NCBI GenBank assembly: GCA_010202845.1
Contig: CP047921.1
Coordinates: forward strand, 330,001 to 362,000
Source of the DNA: Candidatus Saccharibacteria bacterium oral taxon 488
Lineage (GTDB): Bacteria > Patescibacteriota > Saccharimonadia > Saccharimonadales > Saccharimonadaceae
Reading direction: 5' to 3'
Length of the DNA stretch: 32,000 nucleotides
The notes beneath the pieces were generated by a model. That model saw only the letters and a program-made list of their open reading frames with translations. It had not been told where the DNA came from and searched no databases. The translations under genes and the position numbers were made by a program. This document shows positions 8,885 through 17,694 of the stretch, piece by piece; positions within the stretch are counted from its first letter, which is position 1, and each line of letters opens with the position of its first letter.

Positions 8885-9584
8885 GTTTGCCTTTCTTGAG
8901 TTCAAACACCACGCTTTTACGCTCCAGGACAATTGGCCAGCCGTTGGTTTTGGCAATTTCAAGTAGTTTTTCCGTTGGATTAAAGACGACGGGATGCTCA
9001 ACCATCGCCAGGAGGTGCCGATCGCCTTCGCTGTCACCAAAGGCATAACTACCAGTGAGCGTTAGCCCGTGCTTATCAATAATTCCTTGGAGGATCTTGT
9101 CTTTATTGGTATACGTTTTGGTGATGATTGTGCCGGTAAATGTGTCGCCGCGTCGTTCATACACCTGAGACGCCCAGGCGTCAAAGCCGTATTTTTTAGC
9201 AAATGGCTCGACTAACTCTTGCTGCGAACCAGAGATAGCGATCAGAAAATAGCCCGCCTGCTTTAGCTCGCGTAGGCGATGCCGCGTGTAGGTGTAAACG
9301 TGGTCGAGCTCCCTCTCGACAATGCTACTTACCACCTCGTCAAACACCGCGGTCGGGATGTTAGCGAGCGAGCTGGCAATAGCGTTGACCAAACTCAGTT
9401 CGTACTCATCATAGGCGTCTTTTGACTCTCGCCGTTTCCAGCTGAGCAATTTTTGCTGAATGATCGAGGCGTGGACCTCGGGGATGGCGCCAGCATCAAT
9501 CAGTCCAAGCACCAACTGCCGGTACAGCCCGCCACGAATAAGCGTACCATCGATATCAAAAACTGCGAATTTCTGCTGCTTCAT
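8850..9584 (-). CDS. HAD-IB family hydrolase (SerB-like phosphatase)
   Basis: Motif I FDIDGTL is at the N-terminus and motif IV is GDSEGD. There is a cap insertion typical of subfamily IB. The gene overlaps the next gene by 35 nt. Confidence 0.8.
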   Translation of the reverse strand: MKQQKFAVFDIDGTLIRGGLYRQLVLGLIDAGAIPEVHASIIQQKLLSWKRRESKDAYDEYELSLVNAIASSLANIPTAVFDEVVSSIVERELDHVYTYTRHRLRELKQAGYFLIAISGSQQELVEPFAKKYGFDAWASQVYERRGDTFTGTIITKTYTNKDKILQGIIDKHGLTLTGSYAFGDSEGDRHLLAMVEHPVVFNPTEKLLEIAKTNGWPIVLERKSVVFELKKGKHGYFLAQAGKI

Positions 9585-9590
9585 CGCTTG

Positions 9591-9619
9591 ATTATCTCGT
9601 ATTTTTGGCTTCTTGGCAA
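9591..9619 (-). promoter_or_regulatory. promoter TTGCCA-17 nt-GATAAT, 6 nt from ATG 9584 (leaderless)
   Basis: The reverse complement gives TTGCCA (9619-9614), a 17-nt spacer, GATAAT (9596-9591), then CAAGCG and ATG. Confidence 0.55.
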
Positions 9620-9632
9620 CTTAGCTGGCGCG

Positions 9633-10241
9633 CTACATTGATAGGGTTTGATGTATGCTCTCTGGTAGCCGAGGCTGATGAGGCTGCCATGGATCATCAG
9701 CGTGAGGCCGTGCAGTCTGAAGTGTTGCCAGGCTGTCGGTTATGGTGAGGTCATAGCAAGCTTTGCGTCCAAGGATAGCCGCGATGATCCAAAGCCTGTC
9801 ATTTGGCCACATTGTTTCCAGGGGCAAGTGGTTGACGAGTGTTCCGTTTGTGAGCTTATGGCCGACAGTAAACCATGCTGGCCGCATCTCCTCCGTCTCC
9901 TCGGGCGTTCCCTGCCAACTGAGGCAGCGCGACAAGTAAATGACCATCGGCTTGCCGCTTCCCATAACAGTCAAGATGCCCGTCGGCTCAATGGCACTGG
10001 GGTCTGCCTCGAGACCGGATTCTTCTTTGAGCTCACGGACGGTGGCGTCGAGTGGAGTCTCTCCTGGCTGAAGTTTACCGCCAAACCCATTGAGATAGTT
10101 GACGCCATGCCCACGCTTTTTCATACCGAGTAGCACCTCGTCATCCCTAACAGGAAAGGTAATGGTCGCTTCTTGGCATCGTGTGCCAGGCGACGCTTCG
10201 GTGGCTAGTTGAGTAATCACGGGAGGGGCGAGCTCTGACAT
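9633..10241 (-). CDS. NUDIX hydrolase (MutT-like)
   Basis: Nudix box GGKLQPGETPLDATVRELKEESGL. Confidence 0.85.
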   Translation of the reverse strand: MSELAPPVITQLATEASPGTRCQEATITFPVRDDEVLLGMKKRGHGVNYLNGFGGKLQPGETPLDATVRELKEESGLEADPSAIEPTGILTVMGSGKPMVIYLSRCLSWQGTPEETEEMRPAWFTVGHKLTNGTLVNHLPLETMWPNDRLWIIAAILGRKACYDLTITDSLATLQTARPHADDPWQPHQPRLPESIHQTLSM

Positions 10242-10247
10242 GAGCTT

Positions 10248-10256
10248 ACTATATCA
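10248..10256 (-). promoter_or_regulatory. extended -10 promoter TGATATAGT, 6 nt from ATG 10241 (leaderless)
   Basis: The reverse complement of 10248-10256 reads TGATATAGT, followed by AAGCTC and ATG. Confidence 0.5.
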
Positions 10257-10265
10257 TGAATGAGA

Positions 10266-11072
10266 TTACTTGGCAACTGATGTATTGTCGCGTAATTTGA
10301 CCATGTTTTGGTACACTTCGTCAAAGGTCAGCCCTGATTCGTGGATGAGGCTGGCTAGGTCTTTGCCGACATAGCGGAAGTGCCAGGCTTCGCTGGCGAT
10401 GCCGGTGATTTTTTCCTTGCCCTTCGGATAGCGCAGAATAAAACCGTATTCGTGGGCGTGGGTGGCGAGCCAGCCGGCGGTTTTTGGATCAAGTGCGCAG
10501 TCGCTGAAGCGGGCCTTGCATTTCTCGGAAAAGCTGGTTAAGTCAACCGCTAGGCCCAGCTGATGCTCGCTGTGGCCAGGCTTGGCGACATATTCGTCAG
10601 TGTGGGCGGCGCCGTTTTTGGCGGTGGTTTCAGTGCGGACTTTGGCTTGGGCGGTGCCGGAGCGGTAAGCGCTAGAGACGAGGACCGGCAGCTTGGCTTT
10701 GGTTGCAGCCTGACGTAGTTGCTCCAGTGGCTCTTTAACCATCGGTTGCACGCGCTTATCATCTATCCACGCTGGTGTGCCATCAGTAATATCAGTCAGC
10801 GGCGGCTCAAAGGCTGGGTCGATGCCTTGCTTGCCCGAGACATAAGACCAGATTTTCCCGGTTTGTAAATACTTCCACGACGGAAAGGTCAAGTCGCGAT
10901 TGGTGCGGTCAAGGCGGATGGTGACCGGCTGAAAATTATACAGCGGCGAATTAGCGACCGACGCCGACGTTTGGTTGACGAGCTGCGTGCCGCCATTGAT
11001 CATCAGTAGTGTTAGTGTCGTCCAGGCCGCCAAAACCATGGCCACGACTGCGCGCCCCACCCCGTGCTTCAT
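10266..11072 (-). CDS. D-alanyl-D-alanine carboxypeptidase, peptidase M15B (VanY-like), paralogue 2
   Basis: Motifs SAYRSGTAQ, PGHSEHQLGLAVDL and EAWHFRYVG supply the Zn ligands of VanY/M15B. An N-terminal signal/TM segment is present. Confidence 0.85.
   Translation of the reverse strand: MKHGVGRAVVAMVLAAWTTLTLLMINGGTQLVNQTSASVANSPLYNFQPVTIRLDRTNRDLTFPSWKYLQTGKIWSYVSGKQGIDPAFEPPLTDITDGTPAWIDDKRVQPMVKEPLEQLRQAATKAKLPVLVSSAYRSGTAQAKVRTETTAKNGAAHTDEYVAKPGHSEHQLGLAVDLTSFSEKCKARFSDCALDPKTAGWLATHAHEYGFILRYPKGKEKITGIASEAWHFRYVGKDLASLIHESGLTFDEVYQNMVKLRDNTSVAK
10415..10460 (-). repeat. 46-nt tract 43/46 identical to 11228-11273 (29-nt perfect run) inside the VanY paralogues
   Basis: I aligned the two tracts directly. 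ccttgcccttcggatagcgcagaataaaaccgtattcgtgggcgtg compares with ccttacccttcgggtagcgcagaataaaaccgtattcgtgggcatg. Confidence 0.85.
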
Positions 11073-11957
11073 TTATTGTGTTCCTCGCTGTTTGAGTTTG
11101 GTCATTGCTTCTTCAATATACGACCAAGCCTCCTCCATCGTCAAGCCCGACTGATGCAGAGCGCCCGCTAGTTCCCGCCCGACGTAGCGAAAATGCCATG
11201 GCTCGTATTGATAGCCGGTGATCGATTCCTTACCCTTCGGGTAGCGCAGAATAAAACCGTATTCGTGGGCATGAGCGGCTAGCCATTTGCCGGCGGTGGT
11301 TCGTTCGAAACAATCATCCACCCAGCAGGTTTGATCGGCGCCAGCAAAGTCGACGGCTAGGCCTGATTGGTGTTCGCTGTGGCCGGGGCGCGAGCTAAAG
11401 CGGCTGGCTTCGGCCTCGCCATGTCGGCGGGCGTAGCTGGCAAAGAGTGAGGCTTGGGTGGCGTAACTGCGGTAGCCTGAGCCGACGCGGAGGGTGACGC
11501 CGGCGGCGCGGGCAGCGGCGACTAATTTCTCGAGATCAGGCATGAGGACGGCGCGGAGCGAGCGCTCATCCTGACCGCGGCCGGGTAATGTCGGCACGCT
11601 GACGAGGCGGAGGTCGCTGGGCTGATAGCGAGGATTGGCGAAGGCTCGGGATTTGTTAGCAATTTTCCAGAGATCGGCGTCATCGGCACTGTTGACAATG
11701 CGAGCGGGGATCGGTGTAGCGTTTGGCAGAGCGATGGTAATTGGTGCAGCTGGTGCTGGAGTTTTCGGGCTGTCGGGATCTTTTTCTTTGGGTGTCGGCG
11801 CGGGCTGCTCTTGGCTGATAGGCTGCTGGGCAGTGGTACGCGGCGGGTTGAAATGACGGAGGGTGAAATAAGTCGCTACAGCACTACTGGCGATGATCAG
11901 CACGGCACCCAGGCCAAGGAGCAGCTTACGTTCCCTCAAGCGTTTGGTAATTTTCAT
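11073..11957 (-). CDS. D-alanyl-D-alanine carboxypeptidase, peptidase M15B (VanY-like), paralogue 1
   Basis: Motifs SGYRSYATQ, PGHSEHQSGLAVDF and EPWHFRYVG, plus an N-terminal TM and a Pro-rich linker. Its stop abuts the start of the next paralogue with no gap. Confidence 0.85.
   Translation of the reverse strand: MKITKRLRERKLLLGLGAVLIIASSAVATYFTLRHFNPPRTTAQQPISQEQPAPTPKEKDPDSPKTPAPAAPITIALPNATPIPARIVNSADDADLWKIANKSRAFANPRYQPSDLRLVSVPTLPGRGQDERSLRAVLMPDLEKLVAAARAAGVTLRVGSGYRSYATQASLFASYARRHGEAEASRFSSRPGHSEHQSGLAVDFAGADQTCWVDDCFERTTAGKWLAAHAHEYGFILRYPKGKESITGYQYEPWHFRYVGRELAGALHQSGLTMEEAWSYIEEAMTKLKQRGTQ
11228..11273 (-). repeat. partner of the 10415-10460 tract
   Basis: See 10415-10460. Both tracts encode AHEYGFILRYPKGKE. 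Confidence 0.85.
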
Positions 11958-12754
11958 ACCTCAACCTCGATGCTCACCGGGCAGTGGTCACTGCCCATTT
12001 GTTCGGCGTGAATCTCAGGATTTTTGACACGCCCGGCGATTTCGCGCGATGCTAGCCAATAGTCAATCCGCCAGCCGACATTGCGCGCCCGGGCGTTGGC
12101 CCAGTGCGTCCACCAGGTGTAAGCTTCGGTCTTCTCAGGGAAAGCTGCCCGGAAGGTATCGACAAATCCAGCGTCCAGATAATTCTGAAAACCTTCCCGC
12201 TCCTCGTCAGTGAAGCCGTGCTTGCCGACATTAGGCTTTGGATTTGCCAGGTCAATTTCTTGATGCGCCACGTTCATATCGCCGCAGTATAGCACTGGCT
12301 TGACTAGCTCCAATTCCTCCAGATAGGCCAGCACTGCCGGATCCCATTGTTCATGACGTAATTTCAGCCGGCTTAAATCCCCTTTCGAATTTGGTGTATA
12401 ACAGGTCACCACCCAAAAATCGTCGAACTCGGCAGTGATGATACGCCCCTCGTCCGCCGGATTGCCATACTGATCGCCGGTTAAATTAAACCGCTCAATG
12501 ATGTGTGGCGGCAGCCCGTCGCGCCAGTGTAGCGGCCGGATTTTTGAGAAAATCGCTGTGCCGGAATAGCCTTTTTTGGCGGCTGAATAGAAATGCTCGT
12601 GATACTCGGGCAAATCGATTTCTACCTGGTCGCGGGCGGCCTTAGTTTCTTGCAGGCATACAATGTCTGGATCGTACGTCTGCAGAAAACGGGCAAACTC
12701 ACCCTTGTTGATGACGGCGCGGATGCCATTGACGTTCCAAGAGAATAATCGCAT
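11954..12754 (-). CDS. xth: exodeoxyribonuclease III
   Basis: Motifs MRLFSWNVNGIRA, DIVCLQETK and SDHCPV. ATGA overlap with the downstream VanY gene at 11954-11957. Confidence 0.93.
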   Translation of the reverse strand: MRLFSWNVNGIRAVINKGEFARFLQTYDPDIVCLQETKAARDQVEIDLPEYHEHFYSAAKKGYSGTAIFSKIRPLHWRDGLPPHIIERFNLTGDQYGNPADEGRIITAEFDDFWVVTCYTPNSKGDLSRLKLRHEQWDPAVLAYLEELELVKPVLYCGDMNVAHQEIDLANPKPNVGKHGFTDEEREGFQNYLDAGFVDTFRAAFPEKTEAYTWWTHWANARARNVGWRIDYWLASREIAGRVKNPEIHAEQMGSDHCPVSIEVEV

Positions 12755-12761
12755 AAACCTA

Positions 12762-14015
12762 TTATACCGTACGTGCTATCAAGTCGCGGTAAATTGTTAG
12801 ATATTGGCTGGTCATATGTTCCGGGCTGAGCTCAGACGCCAGGCGTGATGAAGCGTGCGCCATCTGACGGCGCCGTGTATCGTCGGCCATTTGACACATC
12901 GCCGCCGCCAATTGCTCGACTGACGGGTCGCGCGCTAAGATACTGTTATCTTTCGTGGTGCCGACGGTTAGTCGCGGGTCGCAGTAGATGATCGGCAGTC
13001 CCGCAGTCACCGCTTCACCGATGGTCATGGCCTGAGTGTCAAAGCCGTGTGAGGCCAGGACAAAGACGTCGGCATTGACGAACGCCTCAGCCATCTGCTT
13101 GACGCACGAGACATGTCCGTGAAAGACAATGCCCTGGTGTTTTTCGGCGAGCAGTCGGAGCTTGAGCTGTTTGCCGTCACCGATGATGTGCAGTTCGGCG
13201 TTTGGCAGGTCGGCTTTGACAAAGGCGCGGATAATGGCGTCGACGCGTTTTTCAGGCGCCAGGCGGCAGACGCTCAAAAAGCGGATGGTACGGTCGGTGC
13301 GGTGGCGTTCTGTATGGGCAATGGCGTGGCTGAGAGTAGGGTTGACACCGGTCGGTACGATGTGCGAGCGCTCGTCCAGCCACGATGCGCAGTCGCTGAT
13401 TCGTTGGGTCATAAAGTCAGCCGGCGCAGTGAAAGCATCGACGCGCGAGGCGACGGTCGCCATGGTGTGCCAGTCAAATCGGGCCAAGATCCCCGGTGCG
13501 TCGGGGCTTTTCGGTGCAAAGAATACTGGCTGGTCAAGCCGTTTATCAGCGATCATCGAAATCATTGGATTGATCAAAAACAGATAAGCCATCGACCCCC
13601 AAAACGCACCGAACGGCTGCGACGTGTGGGTGCCGGCGAGATTGGCGTGAAAGGTGTGAATGTGAGGGATGTCCTGCTCTTTGGCGATGCGCGCTGCCAA
13701 CATCAGGCCGCCCCGCTCCGTTTGGCTGTGGATGATATCAAAGCGGTGCTGGCGGCAGATACGCCAGGCGCTACGCCGGCCGCATTTGAGGACGCACATG
13801 TGCGAGGGCGTACCGGGGATGTAGAATGAGGGCACAGCGATGGTTGTGCAGCCAGTTGGTCGCTCCAAAAAATGTCGCGGCGCGAGCAGGGTCACCTCGT
13901 GCCCCAAGCTAACCAGTTCGCTAATTTGCGTCTGGATCGACCGTCCGATACCGCCAGATGCCGGATAAAAATCGTCAGTCACCAATGCGATCCGCAGTCG
14001 CTGCTGTCTCCTCAT
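12762..14015 (-). CDS. glycosyltransferase family 4 (GT-B; diacylglycerol glycosyltransferase-like)
   Basis: The N-terminus RIALVTDDFYPASGGIGRSIQTQISELVSLGHEV is typical of GT4. The C-terminal half carries an E-x7-E-like region (GFDTQAMTIGEAVTAG). Confidence 0.85.
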   Translation of the reverse strand: MRRQQRLRIALVTDDFYPASGGIGRSIQTQISELVSLGHEVTLLAPRHFLERPTGCTTIAVPSFYIPGTPSHMCVLKCGRRSAWRICRQHRFDIIHSQTERGGLMLAARIAKEQDIPHIHTFHANLAGTHTSQPFGAFWGSMAYLFLINPMISMIADKRLDQPVFFAPKSPDAPGILARFDWHTMATVASRVDAFTAPADFMTQRISDCASWLDERSHIVPTGVNPTLSHAIAHTERHRTDRTIRFLSVCRLAPEKRVDAIIRAFVKADLPNAELHIIGDGKQLKLRLLAEKHQGIVFHGHVSCVKQMAEAFVNADVFVLASHGFDTQAMTIGEAVTAGLPIIYCDPRLTVGTTKDNSILARDPSVEQLAAAMCQMADDTRRRQMAHASSRLASELSPEHMTSQYLTIYRDLIARTV

Positions 14016-14025
14016 AACTTACCCT

Positions 14026-14034
14026 ATTATACCA
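14026..14034 (-). promoter_or_regulatory. extended -10 promoter TGGTATAAT, 10 nt from ATG 14015
   Basis: The reverse complement of 14026-14034 reads TGGTATAAT. Confidence 0.55.
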
Positions 14035-14039
14035 TCTTG

Positions 14040-14048
14040 TGATATAAT
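14040..14048 (+). promoter_or_regulatory. extended -10 promoter TGATATAAT, 11 nt from ATG 14060
   Basis: Reads TGATATAAT. It sits back-to-back with the divergent -10 box, only a few nt away. Confidence 0.55.
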
Positions 14049-14059
14049 GGCAGAATTGT

Positions 14060-15382
14060 ATGCGTGTAGGTTTATTCACTGATACCTATCGACCGTCGAT
14101 TAACGGCATCGTCTTTGTGGTCGAGTCGCTCAAGCGCGAGCTCGAGGCGCTGGGTCATGACGTCTATGTGTTCTGCCCCGCCAAGTCGATAAATCCGGCC
14201 AAGCAGGCTGAGCTGCTCAACGAAGATCCGGATTCGCACATCGTCCGCTTTCCGTCGATCAAGGGTGCGTTTTTTGATGATTACGATACGTCGGTGTTCT
14301 TCCCGCCGGCGGTGCAGCGCCGCATCAAAGAGCTGGAGCTGGACATCGTGCACATCTTTACGCCGTCGCAAATCGGGCTGGTTGGCGTCAGCGCAGCGCA
14401 CAAGCAGCAGATCCCTTTGGTCATCCAGCACTGCACCGACATGTACGAATTTGCCGAGCACTATCCGGCGGTACTGCCGGGGATTTTGACGCTGGCTGGC
14501 GTGGTGCTACCACTGTCGATTAAACTGAGGGGCCGTGATTTATTTGAACTGGTCAAGCTATATCGGCCGCGTGGTATCACCAAATGGAACCGGGCCATCA
14601 TCGAGCGCGTCATCACTATTCTCTACAGTAAAGCCGACGCCGTCATCGCCCTCAGCCGTAAAAGCGTGGCTCAGCTCAGCGGTTGGCAGGATGACGAGCA
14701 TCTGTATGATTTGACATTGCTGCCAAATGGTGTCAATGCTCTGCCGCGGCCGTCAGCGGCTCAGCTCAAGGCCTTTCGGGCGCAGTGGGGTCTCAGGGCA
14801 TCTGATGAAGTATTTGGTTTCATCGGGCGGCTGGGCGAAGAGAAAAACTTGCCGATTTTGATCCAGGCCTTTGACAAGTACGTCGCCAAGGCTCGCCCCA
14901 AATCCAAGCTGCTGTTCGTTGGCGATTTCGAGTACCGCAAAAAGCTTGAGGCGATGGCGGCCGAGAGTAAGTACGCTGATCGGATCATCTTTACCGGCGC
15001 TCTGCCGCGCGAGGAATTAGGCGTAGCCTATCAGGCGCTGGATGTGTTTTGCTTCCCGTCACTCAAGGATACGCAGGGCTGGGTACTACACGAAGCGGCG
15101 CACGCCCGCAAGCCGATTGTCATCATTGACACGCAAGTATCAGAGGTGGTGCGTGACGGCGTGAATGGTATATTCGTGAAAAATCGGCCCAAGAACATGG
15201 CGGATGCTATCATTACACTGCTGCGTTCGCCAGCGCGCCGAGCAAAGTTTGGCGCCGAGAGCAAAAAATTAGCGGCCACATTCACCGAGCGCCGCCAAGT
15301 TCGCAAATTAGAGAAATTATACCGTCGGGTTATCGCCCAGAAAGCTGCCGCCGCGTCTCGCGCTCTTGATCGCGGCGCTTGA
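14060..15382 (+). CDS. glycosyltransferase family 4 (monoglycosyl-diacylglycerol synthase-like)
   Basis: The N-terminus MRVGLFTDTYRPSINGIVFVVESLKRELEALGHDVYVF resembles MGS-type GT4 enzymes. The C-terminal region reads FPSLKDTQGWVLHEAAHARKP. The 3' end overlaps smpB convergently by 53 nt. Confidence 0.85.
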   Translation: MRVGLFTDTYRPSINGIVFVVESLKRELEALGHDVYVFCPAKSINPAKQAELLNEDPDSHIVRFPSIKGAFFDDYDTSVFFPPAVQRRIKELELDIVHIFTPSQIGLVGVSAAHKQQIPLVIQHCTDMYEFAEHYPAVLPGILTLAGVVLPLSIKLRGRDLFELVKLYRPRGITKWNRAIIERVITILYSKADAVIALSRKSVAQLSGWQDDEHLYDLTLLPNGVNALPRPSAAQLKAFRAQWGLRASDEVFGFIGRLGEEKNLPILIQAFDKYVAKARPKSKLLFVGDFEYRKKLEAMAAESKYADRIIFTGALPREELGVAYQALDVFCFPSLKDTQGWVLHEAAHARKPIVIIDTQVSEVVRDGVNGIFVKNRPKNMADAIITLLRSPARRAKFGAESKKLAATFTERRQVRKLEKLYRRVIAQKAAAASRALDRGA

Positions 15383-15809
15383 TGGTTTCGCGCTTGTCGT
15401 AGGTTTTTTTGCCTCTGGCGAGGGCGATGACTACCTTGATAAATTTGCCGCTGGTCAGTAATTTGGTCGGCACGATGGTCATGCCTTGCTGTTTGGCCTC
15501 AGAAAAGCGCGTTAATTGGCGCTTGCTGACTAATAATTTCCGCGCTGAGGTATCAATGCTACGGGCGTTGGCTTGACCGCGAACATTAAGTCGCAGCGAA
15601 AAACTAGCATTGTTCAGCCACAACTCACCGCCGCGCAGGCTAACGAATGCACCTTTGAGCTGGACATGCCCTTCCCTGGCCGCGCGCACCTCCATGCCCG
15701 TCAGTACCAGCCCGGCCACAATCTCCTCGCCCAACTCATAGTCAAATCGCGCTCGGCGATTCACGACGGCTTGAGTGGACGGTTTTTTGGTCTTGGTGGG
15801 CTTGGTCAC
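15330..15809 (-). CDS. smpB: SsrA-binding protein
   Basis: Sequence NRRARFDYELGEEIVAGLVLTGMEV...GMTIVPTKL...KVVIALARGKK with a basic C-terminal tail. GTG start. Confidence 0.93.
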   Translation of the reverse strand: MTKPTKTKKPSTQAVVNRRARFDYELGEEIVAGLVLTGMEVRAAREGHVQLKGAFVSLRGGELWLNNASFSLRLNVRGQANARSIDTSARKLLVSKRQLTRFSEAKQQGMTIVPTKLLTSGKFIKVVIALARGKKTYDKRETIKRRDQERETRRQLSGR

Positions 15810-15816
15810 GTGAATT

Positions 15817-15825
15817 ATTGTAGCA
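15817..15825 (-). promoter_or_regulatory. extended -10 promoter TGCTACAAT, 7 nt from smpB GTG (leaderless)
   Basis: The reverse complement of 15817-15825 reads TGCTACAAT. Confidence 0.5.
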
Positions 15826-15839
15826 TGTAGGATGGAGCC

Positions 15840-16271
15840 TTAGCTAGAAGAGGATTGGTCTGTCTGGGCTGCGTCCCGTTGCATCTGATCTAGAAGCGAG
15901 AGAAGTCTTTCATTGGGATCTTCCGGTGTGGTAATTTCCTCTTTTGCTAGAATCATCATACTAACCTGTAGCTTATTCATGACATCTGCGATTTCTCCCA
16001 GGGCTGCTTGCTTTTGCGACACATCTAATTCATCATCATGATATATGCTATCAACACGATCCAGAGACTCGTAATATAATTGGCGAAGTAACCCTGACTT
16101 GTCTGATGTAAAAATAAGCGGAAGGGGGCCTGGAAGTCCTGCTTCATTTAACAACACTTGACGCGCTAAGCGATTCTTTCCTTCTGTATTGTCTAGTAGT
16201 CCAGCTAGCTCACTTTCGAGGATGTTTTGGATAGCTTCAATAACAATCTCTGCGTAAACGAGGCATAGCAT
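15840..16271 (-). CDS. hypothetical helical protein (island gene D)
   Basis: 143-aa ORF in a low-GC block, predicted all-helical by eye, with an acidic C-terminus. I recognise no motif. Confidence 0.6.
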   Translation of the reverse strand: MLCLVYAEIVIEAIQNILESELAGLLDNTEGKNRLARQVLLNEAGLPGPLPLIFTSDKSGLLRQLYYESLDRVDSIYHDDELDVSQKQAALGEIADVMNKLQVSMMILAKEEITTPEDPNERLLSLLDQMQRDAAQTDQSSSS

Positions 16272-16278
16272 TGCCTGC

Positions 16279-16470
16279 TCAGGGTTTGGAGGGCTTAGAA
16301 TTTTGCTGTCCGATCACATCAAGTTTGTCTGGGGCGTCGACTATGTAAATTTCGTTTGGATTAACTATATCAAGTTCGTGCTCAGACGGTGCACCAACGC
16401 TAGTGCCGCTGGCTGGGTATCTTTTATCTGTTGGCTCTTGTGATGCTCGTGGTGCCGTCTCTATATTCAT
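16279..16470 (-). CDS. hypothetical small acidic protein (island gene C)
   Basis: 63-aa ORF, 7 nt upstream of gene D on the same strand. The composition looks disordered. Confidence 0.4.
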   Translation of the reverse strand: MNIETAPRASQEPTDKRYPASGTSVGAPSEHELDIVNPNEIYIVDAPDKLDVIGQQNSKPSKP

Positions 16471-16507
16471 ACTTTTATACCAATAAATTTCGATTTGATT
16501 ATTAGCG

Positions 16508-17077
16508 CTAGCCTGCTAGTTTAGTTAATTCGTCCTCAACGTCGTTTACTTTTGCTAACAGCTTAGTCCTTTCTGTGAGTAACCTCGTTAGCTTACTACG
16601 GCGTTTTTCCATTTCTGCTTCTACCGCAGAAAATTCTTTAAATTGTTTTATAACGCTGTCATTATATTCGAGTTTCTTGGAGTAGTCATCCAGTGTTGTT
16701 AGTAGATACTCAAGGTTGCTGTCCAGTTTCTCTTTGGGGAGTCGTTCTCTAACTACAGCAATATAGGCAAATACAGATGTGGCCGTATCTTGGATATCAT
16801 TGTACAACTCTTCGCTGTATTTACCGGTAGCTACATTGAACTCTATAAGAGCGTTTTGTGCCGCCTCACGGTCGCCAGTTGCTGCCACTTTGGCAACGTA
16901 GCCAATAACATTGAGACTATCGGCAAAACTCAAGACGTAATTAGGGTCGTCTCTCTTGTCGACCTCTTTACACTTATCTCGTATGGCGTTAATTGTTGGG
17001 TGTGTTTGCCCCATGTCGTCAGTGAGACGAGGGATCTCCTGCATGCGTGCTGGGCGGTTTTTACTCATGGTTTCCAT
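16508..17077 (-). CDS. hypothetical protein with C-terminal coiled coil (island gene B)
   Basis: 189-aa ORF. The C-terminal 50 aa are heptad-like (EAEMEKRRSKLTRLLTERTKLLAKVNDVEDELTKL). It shares an R-x-R-[IL]-P-x-[DE]-x-[IL]-x-x-N motif with gene A. Confidence 0.7.
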   Translation of the reverse strand: METMSKNRPARMQEIPRLTDDMGQTHPTINAIRDKCKEVDKRDDPNYVLSFADSLNVIGYVAKVAATGDREAAQNALIEFNVATGKYSEELYNDIQDTATSVFAYIAVVRERLPKEKLDSNLEYLLTTLDDYSKKLEYNDSVIKQFKEFSAVEAEMEKRRSKLTRLLTERTKLLAKVNDVEDELTKLAG

Positions 17078-17085
17078 AGTTTTTA

Positions 17086-17094
17086 ACTATAACA
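17086..17094 (-). promoter_or_regulatory. extended -10 promoter TGTTATAGT, 8 nt from ATG 17077
   Basis: The reverse complement of 17086-17094 reads TGTTATAGT. Confidence 0.45.
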
Positions 17095-17208
17095 TAAAAT
17101 AATTTAAAAAGCAATAACAACGTATGTATCGAAGCATGCCGTATGCTGCACTTTGTAGCTGAAAGCATCGGGTATTATGTAATTGGCGTACACGTGTCTA
17201 CCGAATAT

Positions 17209-17688
17209 TTAGTGATCATCAACCGTCAAAGGTGGTTCATCCGTCAGAGCGCTGACTCGCACGGCGGCTACTATTCCTAGTTGTTTGATACCACTTGACC
17301 ACTGATCTTTCCAAGCACGATTCTTTCTATTGGTCCTGTCTTTGGCCTTATGTATATCAACAATCAGCTGCAGCATCGTGTTGTTGAGCGTACCTTCAAT
17401 TAGCTCGCCGTCAGCATCACGATCACAAACGAAGCCCTCAATCGCCTCGTTCATATTCTTGGTAATTTCATCCGTTGGGATACGGTGTCTGGCGTACAGG
17501 ATGAGGGCTGTCATGCGCTTTAGGTTGTTTATCGTAATTTTTCGGGATTCATGTATTTCTGGATCACCTAACGCGTCTTTGGCTTGAGCAAAGATATCAT
17601 CGAGGCGCGACTCATATCCTTTCATGATGGTCTCTATCGCTTCCGGCGTTTTTGCCGTGTTTGTTGGCGGTTTGTCGTGTATACCCAT
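17209..17688 (-). CDS. hypothetical helical protein (island gene A)
   Basis: 159-aa ORF in the low-GC block. It contains ARHRIPTDEITKNMNEAI, to compare with VRERLPKEKLDSNLEYLL in gene B. Confidence 0.65.
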   Translation of the reverse strand: MGIHDKPPTNTAKTPEAIETIMKGYESRLDDIFAQAKDALGDPEIHESRKITINNLKRMTALILYARHRIPTDEITKNMNEAIEGFVCDRDADGELIEGTLNNTMLQLIVDIHKAKDRTNRKNRAWKDQWSSGIKQLGIVAAVRVSALTDEPPLTVDDH

Positions 17689-17694
17689 AACAGT

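Noticed and set aside
8885-9046. 54-codon N-terminal extension of the 8093-9046 ORF
   Set aside because: It lies entirely inside the HAD hydrolase gene in another frame. ATG 8884 gives a protein beginning just before the conserved GIVGG region.
15330-15382. 53-nt convergent overlap of the GT4 gene and smpB as a sign of mis-called ends
   Set aside because: Both C-termini read as plausible protein, including the basic SmpB tail, and there is no alternative stop. It is probably real but unremarkable in a compact genome.
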